From: Amphiscolops sp. MND2022
Lineage: Eukaryota
Direction of reading: 5' to 3'
DNA length: 64,000 nucleotides
Assembly (NCBI GenBank): GCA_964187785.1
Contig: OZ076409.1
Span: forward strand, 19,408,001-19,472,000
Position 1 is the first letter of the stretch; each line of letters opens with the position of its first letter. The notes beneath the pieces were generated by a model. The model was not told the origin of the DNA, ran no database searches, and was given only the letters and a program-made list of their open reading frames with translations. Positions 23,301 to 34,127 of this stretch are shown one piece after another. The translations under genes and the position numbers were made by a program.

Positions 23301-26109
23301 CCAGAGCCACAAGATACAGAAATACCTGCAAACACTCAAGTTCCCCCGAACGAAGAAAGGACTTCAACGATATATCGGATTTGTGAACTATTACAGAAAT
23401 TACATTCCTCGATTATCCGAGAAGATTGCCCCTTTCCACGAACTCATCAAATCTGACAAGCCTGCCAAAATCGACCAAGAGCTCATAGCAAACTTTGAGG
23501 CCATCAACAAGTCCTTAGACAACGCGTGCGGGCTCTACCTCAAACAGCCGCTGCCAAACCGGCAGTATGTCATGATGACTGACGCCAATTTCAAGAACGC
23601 AGGATACGCCTTAATGATCGAAGAGAACCCAGAACAGAAACTCACCTCCACCAAGAAAACCTATGCTCCTGTGGCATTTGGATCTAAAACTTTCTCTCCG
23701 TCACAATTGAAAATGTCAATTTATGCCAAGGAGTTTTTAGCCATCTATTTCGCCTTCATGGAGTATAGTCACATCTTGTGGGGTTCCTCCAAGCCAACCA
23801 TCGTCCTAACAGACAATAAATCAGTCACAAGGTTTTTTCAAACCAAAATGATTCCACCCTCCCTGTGGAACGCTTGTGATTTCGTGCTCCAATTCCATTT
23901 CAAAATCGCACATGTGCCAGGAAGGATGAACACCGCGGCAGACTTCCTCTCCCGATTGGACATCAGTCCCAAAGAAAAAGTCCTTCTCCAAATCAGAGAA
24001 GATATCCAGACAACACCCATCCAAGTGAACATCCAGTCCTCAGATATACATGAGGAGTACCAATTTTACTTCTTGCCAGAAGACGATTCCGAAACTGAGG
24101 AAGACATCTGGGAACGCAAACAGCGTGCCCGAAAGAAAATCTATAACCCCCAAGAACAACCAACCGATACTCAAACTGATACGACTGAACCAAAACCCCA
24201 AACGGAGAATCTACCCCTGGTCTGCAACAGCATCCAAGACCCGGAACAGAAACAAAGGCGCCAGCTATACAACGAAAACAGTTTTCCACGCAGCCTCAGA
24301 CCACACCAGGACCAGGACCCTGTCCTCAGAAATCTCAAGCTCAAAATATTGAAGGAGCCGTACGACACCCAACTCCTCAATGACGACCCCAGAGCAGCGA
24401 AGTACCTAGCCCAAGAAGATAGGATCATCATCAAAGACGGCCTCTTGTATAGACAATATTTTGGGGATACTGGGAAGGTCAAATATTTACAAGTGCTGCT
24501 CCCCAAACAACTGGTCAACGAATTCATACACCACCATCATGGCAAATATGGAAGACATCCGGGCATAGCCAAAACCATTCAACAATGCCGCGAGAAAAAC
24601 TACTACCCAGGACTTGCCGCCCGGATAGCCAACCATATCTCACAGTGTATGGAATGCGCCCAAACAAAGCGGACACCCAATAACACCATCACACCACCAC
24701 TAATCGACATGTCAAAAATAGCAATGGGACCCGAAGACGCACTCCAGATGGACATAGTCCCCTTCGATGACCCATCAGGAGGTTACACCGCAGTCATTAC
24801 AGCAATGGATGTCTTCTCCAGGTACCTATTCGCCTACAGTGTCGCTAGAATCGATACCAGAACGGTCACCAGAGTCCTAATGGACATCATCACCAGACAT
24901 TGCTATTTACCCACAACAATCATAACGGACAAGGGATCCCAATTCATATCAGAAGCGATGCAACAAACCACCGCTGCACTGGGAATCCAACTGAAACACG
25001 CCACCACGAAACACGCTCAGACGATCGGCATCCTGGAGAGGACTCACGCCTCCCTGAAGGAAAGCCTCAAAATAATGACAGGGGAACGGCGCACGATGTG
25101 GCATCAATTTCTACCGATGGTGGTATTGAATTACAATACCTCATACCACACATCACTAGGATGCGAACCCAGCAGAGTGTTTCACGGAAGAGTGCCCTAC
25201 AATGTACTCGACCTGAAATATTGACTCAAGCCACAGCCCCCTACCCCAATCAACCACGAGATAGCTGAGGGAGTGTTACAACAAACACAACAGATCCTCA
25301 ACCAAAGCCAGCAAGCTCTGATGCAGGCCTATGTTCGTCATAAACGCTATTATGACAGAAAGGCATCAGCAAACCCACTGGTAGTAAACGACTACTGCTA
25401 TGCATTGCATCCAAAGGCGCATAGCCAAGCGACAAAACTGCCGTTTCGGGAATACCTTTGGACGGGACCATATATCGTGGTCAAAACCCTACCCAATAAT
25501 AACTATTTAATCCGAAAACTCCAAACGAACCTCACCCAAATCCTGCACAGAATCAGACTACGACCATTCGCAAGCAGCCACAAACTGCCTGACATCTCAG
25601 TTGCGCCTAAAGATTTCCAGCAGGACACCGAAGTGCCTATACAGCACGATGACCTTTTCGCAATGGCTTGGCAGGAACTTCATCAAGAACACCCTACCCA
25701 CACCGCAAATAGTCAGCCACCCGAACCCGAAGTAATACCCCAAGCACAGGAACCAGATAATGACCCAACGTACCCCAGCCCTTCGAACCCCGACCCAGAG
25801 CATGGACCTGGAAGCAGTAACAACCACCCAGGAACCCAGACAGATGACCCAGACCTAGACACTGAAGATGAACCCGAAGATTGTCCACCCGTTCCTAAAT
25901 CCCCCCGAAAATCTCATTACAATCTCCGACGAAACCCAGCTTCAAATTGGAAACCAGATTTCGCATACTATAATGCAGTAGAAATAAACTCCGAAAATCC
26001 CGCAATTCAAAACGAAGGCCTGAGCGACGGCCCAGAAATACAGATCCTAGCAGACCTCGGCCCAGACGGGAGCCCAAGATCAGAAAATCAATGTGGCCCC
26101 AGGCTCTAA
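20320..26109 (+). CDS. pol: Pol of Gypsy B (PR-RT-RNase H-IN) with one in-frame TGA at 25222-25224
   Basis: Protease LIDSGA (~21600); RT KLDCSQAY and QYVDD; RNase H MTDANF, KEFLAI, LTDNKS; integrase H...HPG...CMEC, QMDIV, TDKGSQF, LERTH. ORF 25273-26109 continues in the same frame and contains the GPY motif (WTGPYIVVK). Confidence 0.93.
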
Positions 26110-26445
26110 CCTGGACGGCCGATCTACAACTGAATCTCAAATCTCCTCAACCTACAATGGCTTATCACTCTCTCACTCTACGACTTGCATGAAAACGATG
26201 CAGAGGCTAAATACTAAATTCAGACAATTGAGCCGCCTCGAACTTTCTGGTTTGCTTCACAACACCAGAGCATGGATTTTTACTTTTTTTCTCTTTCATT
26301 TTTTTCTTCATGGAACCAACTCGTGGAACCGCACGACGCTAAAAGAAACAAATAAATAACAAATCAGCAACCATATCAAGAATATCAATCAAACAAGTTC
26401 AAAAGAAGCTCATCAAAAGTTTTGTTTTTCCTCTCTCAACAGAGT

Positions 26446-29400
26446 TCAACAGGATTTCCCGTGCTGGCGGCCTTTCTTGTGACTGCCTTTCCCTTTTTCT
26501 ACAGACGAACCTGAAGTAGCCCGTTTGGAACCAGAAGCCTCAGCCAGAGACACAGTGTGAGCAACAGAAGCAGCACCAGAACATTCACCTCGGGAAGACA
26601 GCCCAGCCAACATACGTGACCTCCACTCCTCAACTTGACCAGAATAGTACGCATTATAGCACTGGAATAGACTCTCGAATATGTCCTTCCAAGCATGCCG
26701 ACTGACACCATCACAGACATCAAAGGAGGTACGCGCAAGGAACTGATGCCCAGCTGGCAGATTAACCTTTAATTCCTCCAGACACTCAACCGTTAACAGA
26801 TCATTCGAAACGAACTTCGGATGAAGGACAAAAGACTGCACTGCACTCAAACCAGACCGTATGGCAGAAACTGGCAGCCCGATCCCACTCATCGAAACAT
26901 CCACTGAAGGCATCACACTAGCAGCAGGACTCACAATCACTCGCAACAGACGGACAACTTGCTTCACATGACTCCGACACTGATAGACTTCACTGGCTTC
27001 CAAATATGTAAATATATCCGGGATTCGAGCAGGGTCGACTGACCGTTCGCGGAGTTCCACGACTAAGGACTTGAACTCATTAACAGACGACTCGCGATCT
27101 AAACCACTCAGATAACCACCCTCTTGGAGACAGGTCACTAAATCCTGGAACAGGTCCACGACATACTCCGCATCCCCGCACACCAACATATCCACGCTCA
27201 AGCAGCTGAGCGAGCGGGCAATACGAGAATTAGCATAATTGGACGAACCGAGCTGCTTCAAAAACTCCAACAGATATAGCTGACAATCTCGCAGGAACGA
27301 TCGGCGGGCAGCATCATCAAAGCCTCGCAATGCAGAAAGGATACTCGGTTCAGCCCGCAAACATTCAGAGGCAGTAACGTTAGCCCAGTTGGTCAAAGGC
27401 TGATCGATGTACTCGAACCAATTGTCGACTGATGGAAGCTGACTGACCTTCTTCACTTTACCCAGAAGACTCCAGTAAAAGAAGCAAAAATCAGTGAAAT
27501 TACGACAAGCGTAATCTCGGACATTTGGATCTTGCTGTTTCCTGAAGTTTGAGCAGTAGCATAACAGGATGACGTGCAATAAGGCCAGCCGAGGTAACCC
27601 CAAGCGGTCTGAACACAGCAAAGAGTCCAAATCAACCACGTTAACTGCCTTCTTCATCAACAGAACATCGTTAGACAAACAAAGTTTTACATCAGCCCAG
27701 TTATCCAGTAACTCCCGCAATACTTCACACAATGACTCAAAGGGCACGACTCCAGACTCAAGACACAGACGTAACTGAGGTAAATTCAATAACCACGCCT
27801 GATGCCGAACTCGTTTCAGGCGCTGTACTAGGTACTCCACAGTCGCAAATGGATCCACAGACCCAACACACACAAAACTGGATTCGTTGATCAGACCACG
27901 TAACAGATCAGGGCCAAAGGTCACGGAAACAATAGGCACAGGACGCCCTACTGAGCAACACCAGTCAACATAGGCATTGAAAAGGACCGGAGGACAGTCC
28001 ACGATGGTTGCAGGCCCTCGACTCGTTGAAACAAGCGACAAAACTCGCGACAGACACTGCATTTCGGCCTCACAAGAAACTGCGCCACGGTCCTCGTCAA
28101 AGAGATGCACTTCGCGCAGGCAGTCGTCGAGACAGCAACGGACGATGCATTTCACACCGGAGCATGAAGCCTGCAGCGCCAAGCTAAACGGGCTGTCACC
28201 TAGCCACGACTTCACGCGACGAAGCACACGGGGATACAAGGTCTGCACAAGGACCACCAGAGTCTCTGTTTTGCTCCAGGTCACTGAAGCGTACGGGCTC
28301 TCGACAGGCAAAGTCGTCCGGAACTGATTCCATAACCGACGCAGGAACACTTGAGACCCACCGCTCCTCAGCAGCTCGAACAAACATCCCACCAGAGTAG
28401 TTGGAGGCACATTGGAAGGGACACCAACCAATGCATCCACCTCGTCTTCGATGAATTTATTCATTTTGCCCAGTATCACGGGGGGCGTTTCCTCAATTTC
28501 AGCACGCTGCTCAGTTGACAGGTCTGCAACCCGGATGGGATCAAACTTTTCAGTGTAGATCACATCCTCGTGGTCGTAACGGTACCGACGATCTTTGAGG
28601 TAGTGGCCTTTGCACTTGAAGTGCCTCCAGATTCCACGAGCACCACGAGATAAAAAGGAAACGTCTTTCTGACAAATTGAGCAGTTGAATCCATTGGGGC
28701 TCTTGTCGTTCCGTCGGCTGACGAATAGCCTGGGGATAGCATGATCACTCATGGCCTTTGTTAACACGTGCCGTTCCGTCTGCTTCTTAGCACGTTCCTC
28801 CTCTCGGGCCAACAATTTCTCCTTCTTTGCTTCTAAAGGGTCAAGCACTCGGCCAGGATTGTTAGCATCGATGCCTTTCCCTTTCAGTAGCCGGGATAAC
28901 TCTTCGAACTCTAAATACAACAACCGGTGATCAAACAAATGACACAAAGAAAACCAAACCAATCACACAATCAACCTACAGACAAAGAGAGTAACACCAA
29001 AGAAACAAACATAACAGTCAGCAGAACAGAACACAACCCAAAACAAGAAAAAAATATGCACTCACGCTTTGTCAAGTTCTTTGTCTCCTTCAGTGCCTCA
29101 GTACGTTCTGCTCGGGCAGCACTCCGGGCCAGCATTACACACTGAGCAGCTGACATCATCATCGGCGACCCAGGGGGAACAGGTGCCAAGCCAACTAATA
29201 ACAAAAACAACACATGTTACCCACCGTAAAGGATACAGAAGCTAACCTAAAGCCGGCCAAACAACTACAGAACCAAGGAAGCGACGACATGAAGTACAAA
29301 ACAAATACAGTTCAACATACCAGTATCCCAATCGTTGTAGACAACTGAAGCTTCCACCCCTACAGCAGCTCGGCCATGCTGAGTCCGGGTATGCCCGGAA

Positions 29401-30306
29401 GTCTCTGCGGGAAACACTGAGACAGCGTCACTTTCGGGGGCAGGGGTACCAACAGCATCCTCACAGATGAAAACATCACTGTCCTCAGAAGAATGAACCC
29501 TCGGCGCAGTCCCAGGCTCAACGACTACAAAAAAAGCAACATATGAAACACACGGAACTCAGAAAATTGTCCCTAAAAATGCAATACTCTGATACATGTA
29601 TTCATATGACACAAGAAAGAAGACAGAATACCTACTTTCAAGAGTACGTGAAGCAGAAATCATGGGGGGCACATAGTCATCACCAGAGCTGTCATACAGA
29701 GGCGGTGGCCTGGAGACTGACCCAGAAACAATGTCTGCCAATCGAACCCGTTTTGCTGAGTGCACACTCCCAGTTGACAACACACGACTCGTCCGCTGCT
29801 TTTTCTTACTCCGGGATTTAGTACGACGACCGGGGACATAGTCACCATCGGCTTCATCATCAGTAACTACAGAAAGTAGATGAAAAAAGAACGCGTTCAC
29901 TAACGATGCCTAGAAAGGGCCGGCCACCCATTAATTTCTAGAAAAGCTTACCTTTCTTCTTTGCTAAGTAGTCAATGTCATGGCGATCATCGCTCGTAGC
30001 AGAATGGAAGGAACCGGTCGCCACGCAACTGCCAATCTCTTCATCATCGTCGCCACTAGGAACATCTTTCTCGCCAAAACCTGGCACAGGTAATCCACCA
30101 GCTTCTTCCTCACCTGTTTCTTCAACTTCGTCCCCATGGCCTGCATCACCCGCCTCATCATTTTCATCCTTGTCACCACCATCCTCCACTCTCTCCTCTC
30201 CACGAACCACTGACTCGACGACTGACTCCGCCTCAGCCTCATTCTCTTTCAGTCCAACCTCCTGACTCTGATACAGTAAGACATTATCTTCCTCTGTGGA
30301 ACTCAT
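26446..30306 (-). CDS. Antisense five-exon gene inside Gypsy B; 1127-aa hAT-transposase-like zinc-finger protein, apparently catalytically dead
   Basis: Exons 30306-29952, 29866-29636, 29524-29321, 29194-29066 and 28910-26446. Donors GTAAGC, GTAGGT, GTATGT, GTGAGT; acceptors ttctgtag, tttttgtag, gttattag, gtatttag. All introns are phase 1 and the 3384-nt spliced frame is open. Zinc finger CSIC...HFKCKGH at 28683-28603. Confidence 0.85.
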
Positions 30307-30530
30307 ACTTCGCAGAACTTTCTGAAAAATACCCGAATACAACAAAACAATGGAGATGTGGCGTAAAATAATGGAATTAGTAATACTAGAAGTTATCTAC
30401 TATATAAGGAGAGTTGTTCAGTCTGCCAGCTGAACAATTCACGGAGTTGACACAAACTGTGTGAACAAATTTTCCAAGCGAAGCAAATCAGTTGTACTGA
30501 AAACTGATTGACACTCAGCCCGCTATTATA

Positions 30531-31130
30531 ATGAATCATTCCATTTCAAATAACCAAGCAGACGAAGACGTTTTTATTCTTGAACGAGATCAACAGCCAA
30601 CACCGACTGAACAAAGGCCCAGTACTCCACCGCCTAATTATCGTATCATCAACCCGACGCAGCCTGCTATTGTTTATGAAATAGTCAAGACGGAAGACAT
30701 ACACGTAGTCCTTGTTCACGAACAACCAATTGTAAACGCAATTAACGTCGAAAATGAACAAGGAATAATACGAAGGTTCACCACAGAAAACCCGGTTATC
30801 CCAGATGACGAATTCATGAGCCCCACCAGACGATTCAATCACGAGGACCAAAATAGCCCTGATTATTTCGTCGACAGCCCTATGAGCTCAATAAGCGAGG
30901 CCGACAGCAGCTCAGAAGGCTACTGGTCAGGCAGCAGTTGGGAAAGCAGCTCTTCATGGCGATCATACGATTCAATGAGAGATGACCTCACCACTTTGTT
31001 TGATACACCGATACGATCCATTTCCCAACTTCTCCTTCCTGAGGGAACTGGGCAACGAAGCCGAGGACTGTCACAGCCCCACTTGAGCTGTGAGTATTGC
31101 AGCAGAATCAACCCAGTCTTCGAAGAATAA
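30531..31130 (+). CDS. Accessory sense ORF of Gypsy B (199 aa, acidic and Ser/Pro-rich), ending inside the 3' LTR
   Basis: ATG-initiated open frame; TATATAAG at 30401-30408 upstream; last ~20 codons in the LTR; no signal peptide or transmembrane segment. Confidence 0.6.
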   Translation: MNHSISNNQADEDVFILERDQQPTPTEQRPSTPPPNYRIINPTQPAIVYEIVKTEDIHVVLVHEQPIVNAINVENEQGIIRRFTTENPVIPDDEFMSPTRRFNHEDQNSPDYFVDSPMSSISEADSSSEGYWSGSSWESSSSWRSYDSMRDDLTTLFDTPIRSISQLLLPEGTGQRSRGLSQPHLSCEYCSRINPVFEE

Positions 31131-33276
31131 ATTAGGAAATGGAAAAGGAGAATTGAAAACAGAAAACCAGAAAACAATCAGTTCAATCCATACAACCTGA
31201 AATAATGGCGCTAAATAATATAATAATTAGAAGAAATTATATATTAATATTTATGTAGTTATATATACTTACATACAGTGTACTAACCGGTATAAAGCTA
31301 CTTGTGCAGTTAATAGTATTAATACGGTGCTATATAATTAATAGTAATACAATCACACCGCTCAGTAAGCGGCCTGAATGAATAATGGCGGAACTGCGGC
31401 CTGGCAACCGGCCTGAGATTTGCGCAGTGAAGCGGTGGCATGGCGAGTGGCCTGAGAATGAAAGTGCTACGAATCAATCTCTAACACCAATTATGCTATT
31501 TTGTGAATACATGTAAACCTGTTGATGCGTTAAACGAGTATTAGAACAACGTTATACATGTAATTGTCCATATAAACAAGTATTGGAGCTAACTTTGAAA
31601 TACCGATATACTGCGGCCCAGGACATGGCCTGAAATGTAAATCTATAAAATCCATTGTAGAAATGGAAATCGTTAATATTAATAGTGATTTTTTCTGCTC
31701 CTAATGAGCCTACCAATCAATGCCTGCAATCTCAAATGATGCCTGGAGATAAAGAATGAAGTATGATGCTATTTTTACAGATAAACCATGTTCAAGTGCT
31801 AAATGAAGTAGACCGCGGCCTGAGACACGGCCTGAAATCTATTCTGACCAAATCCATCCTGGAATTGGAAATATCGATCCCCCTAACCATTTGTCCGCTC
31901 TCGCGAGGGAGCAGTGACGTAACACATGCAACAGTAAGCGGTATTGATTGATTACATGCAATGTATGATGATTTTAACCTTGTAAATGCAGTATTTAATT
32001 TGAGAACGCCAAGCTGCGGCCCAGACCTTGACCTGGGATTAAATGTTCGATTTAACTTGTTTAATCTCCATAAATGATTTGTGTTGCATTGTTTAGAGTC
32101 AATTTCCACTCAACTAGATTGGGAAGAGACTCGAACCGTATTCTCGAGTTGATTCTAATCACTGAATTGTTCGCTGTTGATATAATTAATCATTATTTTT
32201 CGGGAAATGATTTTATTTTGCCTCAACCGTTCCAGACCTCAGCCTGGGACCGAGCTTTCCCATTTATACTCGAATTTGTGATTTTTAAGCTTTCATGAGT
32301 GAACTTTATGAGCTAATTTGTATTTCTTATTAAATAATCATCTCGCCGTGCAATATTTGAACCAAATTAATTCGGGAAATTCTCATTTTTCCAATTTCCA
32401 ATTTGTTGCTTTGTTCGATCATTTCGCTCTTTGGGCGTGCGCAGTGACTAATTTTTTTCACACTTTGTTCAGTTTCGGCGTCTTGAAAAGGCGGGGATTG
32501 GAGGCGAAGGGAAGCGGAGTCGCAACTCAGACAGGAAGTGGACGCGTGCTTTCCTCGGAAAGCATGAACAAACTGAGAGTCTGAGTTCGACAAAGCGGAA
32601 CTGAACTTCCTGTTTCTCCGCTTTGGAGGGACGCCGGGCTGAATGAAGCGTGAAAGTGGTGCGGATTTTTCCCCGCTTCACGTGGGTGAAAAGTATATAT
32701 ACTTTGGAAGATTGAATAATTCCAGTGAAAAAATAGTCTTGATAATTTCAACAAGTTGATAATTTGACAATTTTGTTAAAATCTTGAAATTCAATAATCG
32801 TTCGTTGTAAAACAACTTTACTCTTCACTTTGAAAATACAATTGAAGATTAAAAAAATCTCAATCTTTTCCCTCATATTCTCGTTGGATAGTCTCGAGCT
32901 TATAAATCTTAAACCCGAAAAATGCCTGAAAGATCCTCTAAAAGAAAGGCCAGGAGAGATTCAGCGACTAGTTCACTAGGTGAGCCAGAAGCAACTAGTT
33001 TAAGAACTGAAAACGTTCCCAGTATTTCCGACCGAGACTTCTCTGAGCTATCTGAGAAAATTGAAAAGTCAGTGACCAGAAGGATAAGAGATGCTGAAGT
33101 TGGGCAAAGGGAGATTTTGAAAATGATCGAGAATTTATCCTCAAAAATAGATTCACTGTCCGGTCAGTCGCCCAATTGTGAAAACCTCGCCTTAGATTCC
33201 GACGAGACCGAAAATCAAGCCTCAACATCAAGGCCATCCATACTGAACGAGTTGCACCCATCGCAGGGTCAACACA
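31069..33276 (+). repeat. 3' LTR of Gypsy B (contains a truncated copy of the gag 5' end, 32922-33276)
   Basis: Direct repeat of 16908-19115, followed by TSD GATCC. Confidence 0.97.
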
Positions 33277-34021
33277 GATCCTTCAGTCTAATTGTTTTGT
33301 AGATCAAGTGAAGTTGTAAAATTTTTACAGCGTGGAAACTCGACCCTTTTGAATTTCCCTCCAGCAAACAATGGAAACTTATAACTTTGAGGATCTGCTT
33401 TGGTGACTACGACAGGGCTGAAAGAAGAATATGACAAAAAACTACTGCAATTGGAGGCTCTATGTTTGTTTAAGCGCCGGCATAAAATATGAAAATGTAA
33501 TTCCGAAAATAACGCATAAAAGTCATAGCGATTGTGTTCACACTATGTTAACACTGTTTAGTTTGGAACAACATTTAAAATGTTAAAATGTGTGCTTTTA
33601 CTGCTCGAGCTTATTAAGTGTCCGGAGGAAATTAATTTGTGTGAAATTTGTTCCAATATGACACATAAGCAAATACATTTTGTATGCTATTTTTCAGCAA
33701 TGCAACATTTCTTCTGGATTCTTTCAATAATAATCGAATTCTTTCAATCCAATAACTAACGAAAATGGATTCCAGGTTTGATTTTCAGACTCAGAGAGCC
33801 CGGATAACATCAAAGCAATCTTTTTCAACTTTTTTGAGCTTCGAGATAGAAAAAATGACAAATTCTTTTTGTTTCATTTCAATATTCCGGAAGTGTGAGA
33901 TATTTGAACTTGAAATTACTGTTCTGATGCTTTTCGAAGCTATGAGACTATATTTTTGTCTTGCTCAATTGCCAATGTTTTAGCCAACTCTTCTTCTGTA
34001 GTTTTCTAGAGATTCATTGAG

Positions 34022-34127
34022 GTCTTTCACTTTCTGGAATCTATGAACAATTTCCCCTAAGAAAATTTGTCGTGAGACTAAAAACTTTTAGTGAAATTTT
34101 CACGGCTATACATAGTACCTTTTAAAG
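34022..34127 (+). repeat. 106-bp direct repeat, copy 2
   Basis: Same sequence as 16542-16647. Confidence 0.9.

Larger units (their letters stand above)
16908..33276 (+). mobile_element. Ty3/Gypsy LTR retrotransposon B, 16.4 kb, young, with accessory genes
   Basis: 2208-bp LTRs (16908-19115, 31069-33276) with TG...CA ends; 5-bp TSD GATCC (16903-16907, 33277-33281); PBS at 19116; gag followed by PR-RT-RH-IN. Confidence 0.98.

Noticed and set aside
28911..28962. N-terminus MVWFSLCHLF... of the 838-aa ORF as the real start
   Set aside because: It is a non-ATG start inside predicted intron 4; the acceptor at 28911 joins the upstream exons in frame.
26110..30530. Antisense cassette as a recently nested autonomous hAT transposon
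   Set aside because: No TIR pair or 8-bp TSD was found by eye, catalytic residues appear lost, and base composition matches the host element. Not fully excluded without sister copies.
30531..31130. Third sense ORF as env
   Set aside because: Too short; no signal peptide, furin site, fusion peptide or transmembrane helix.
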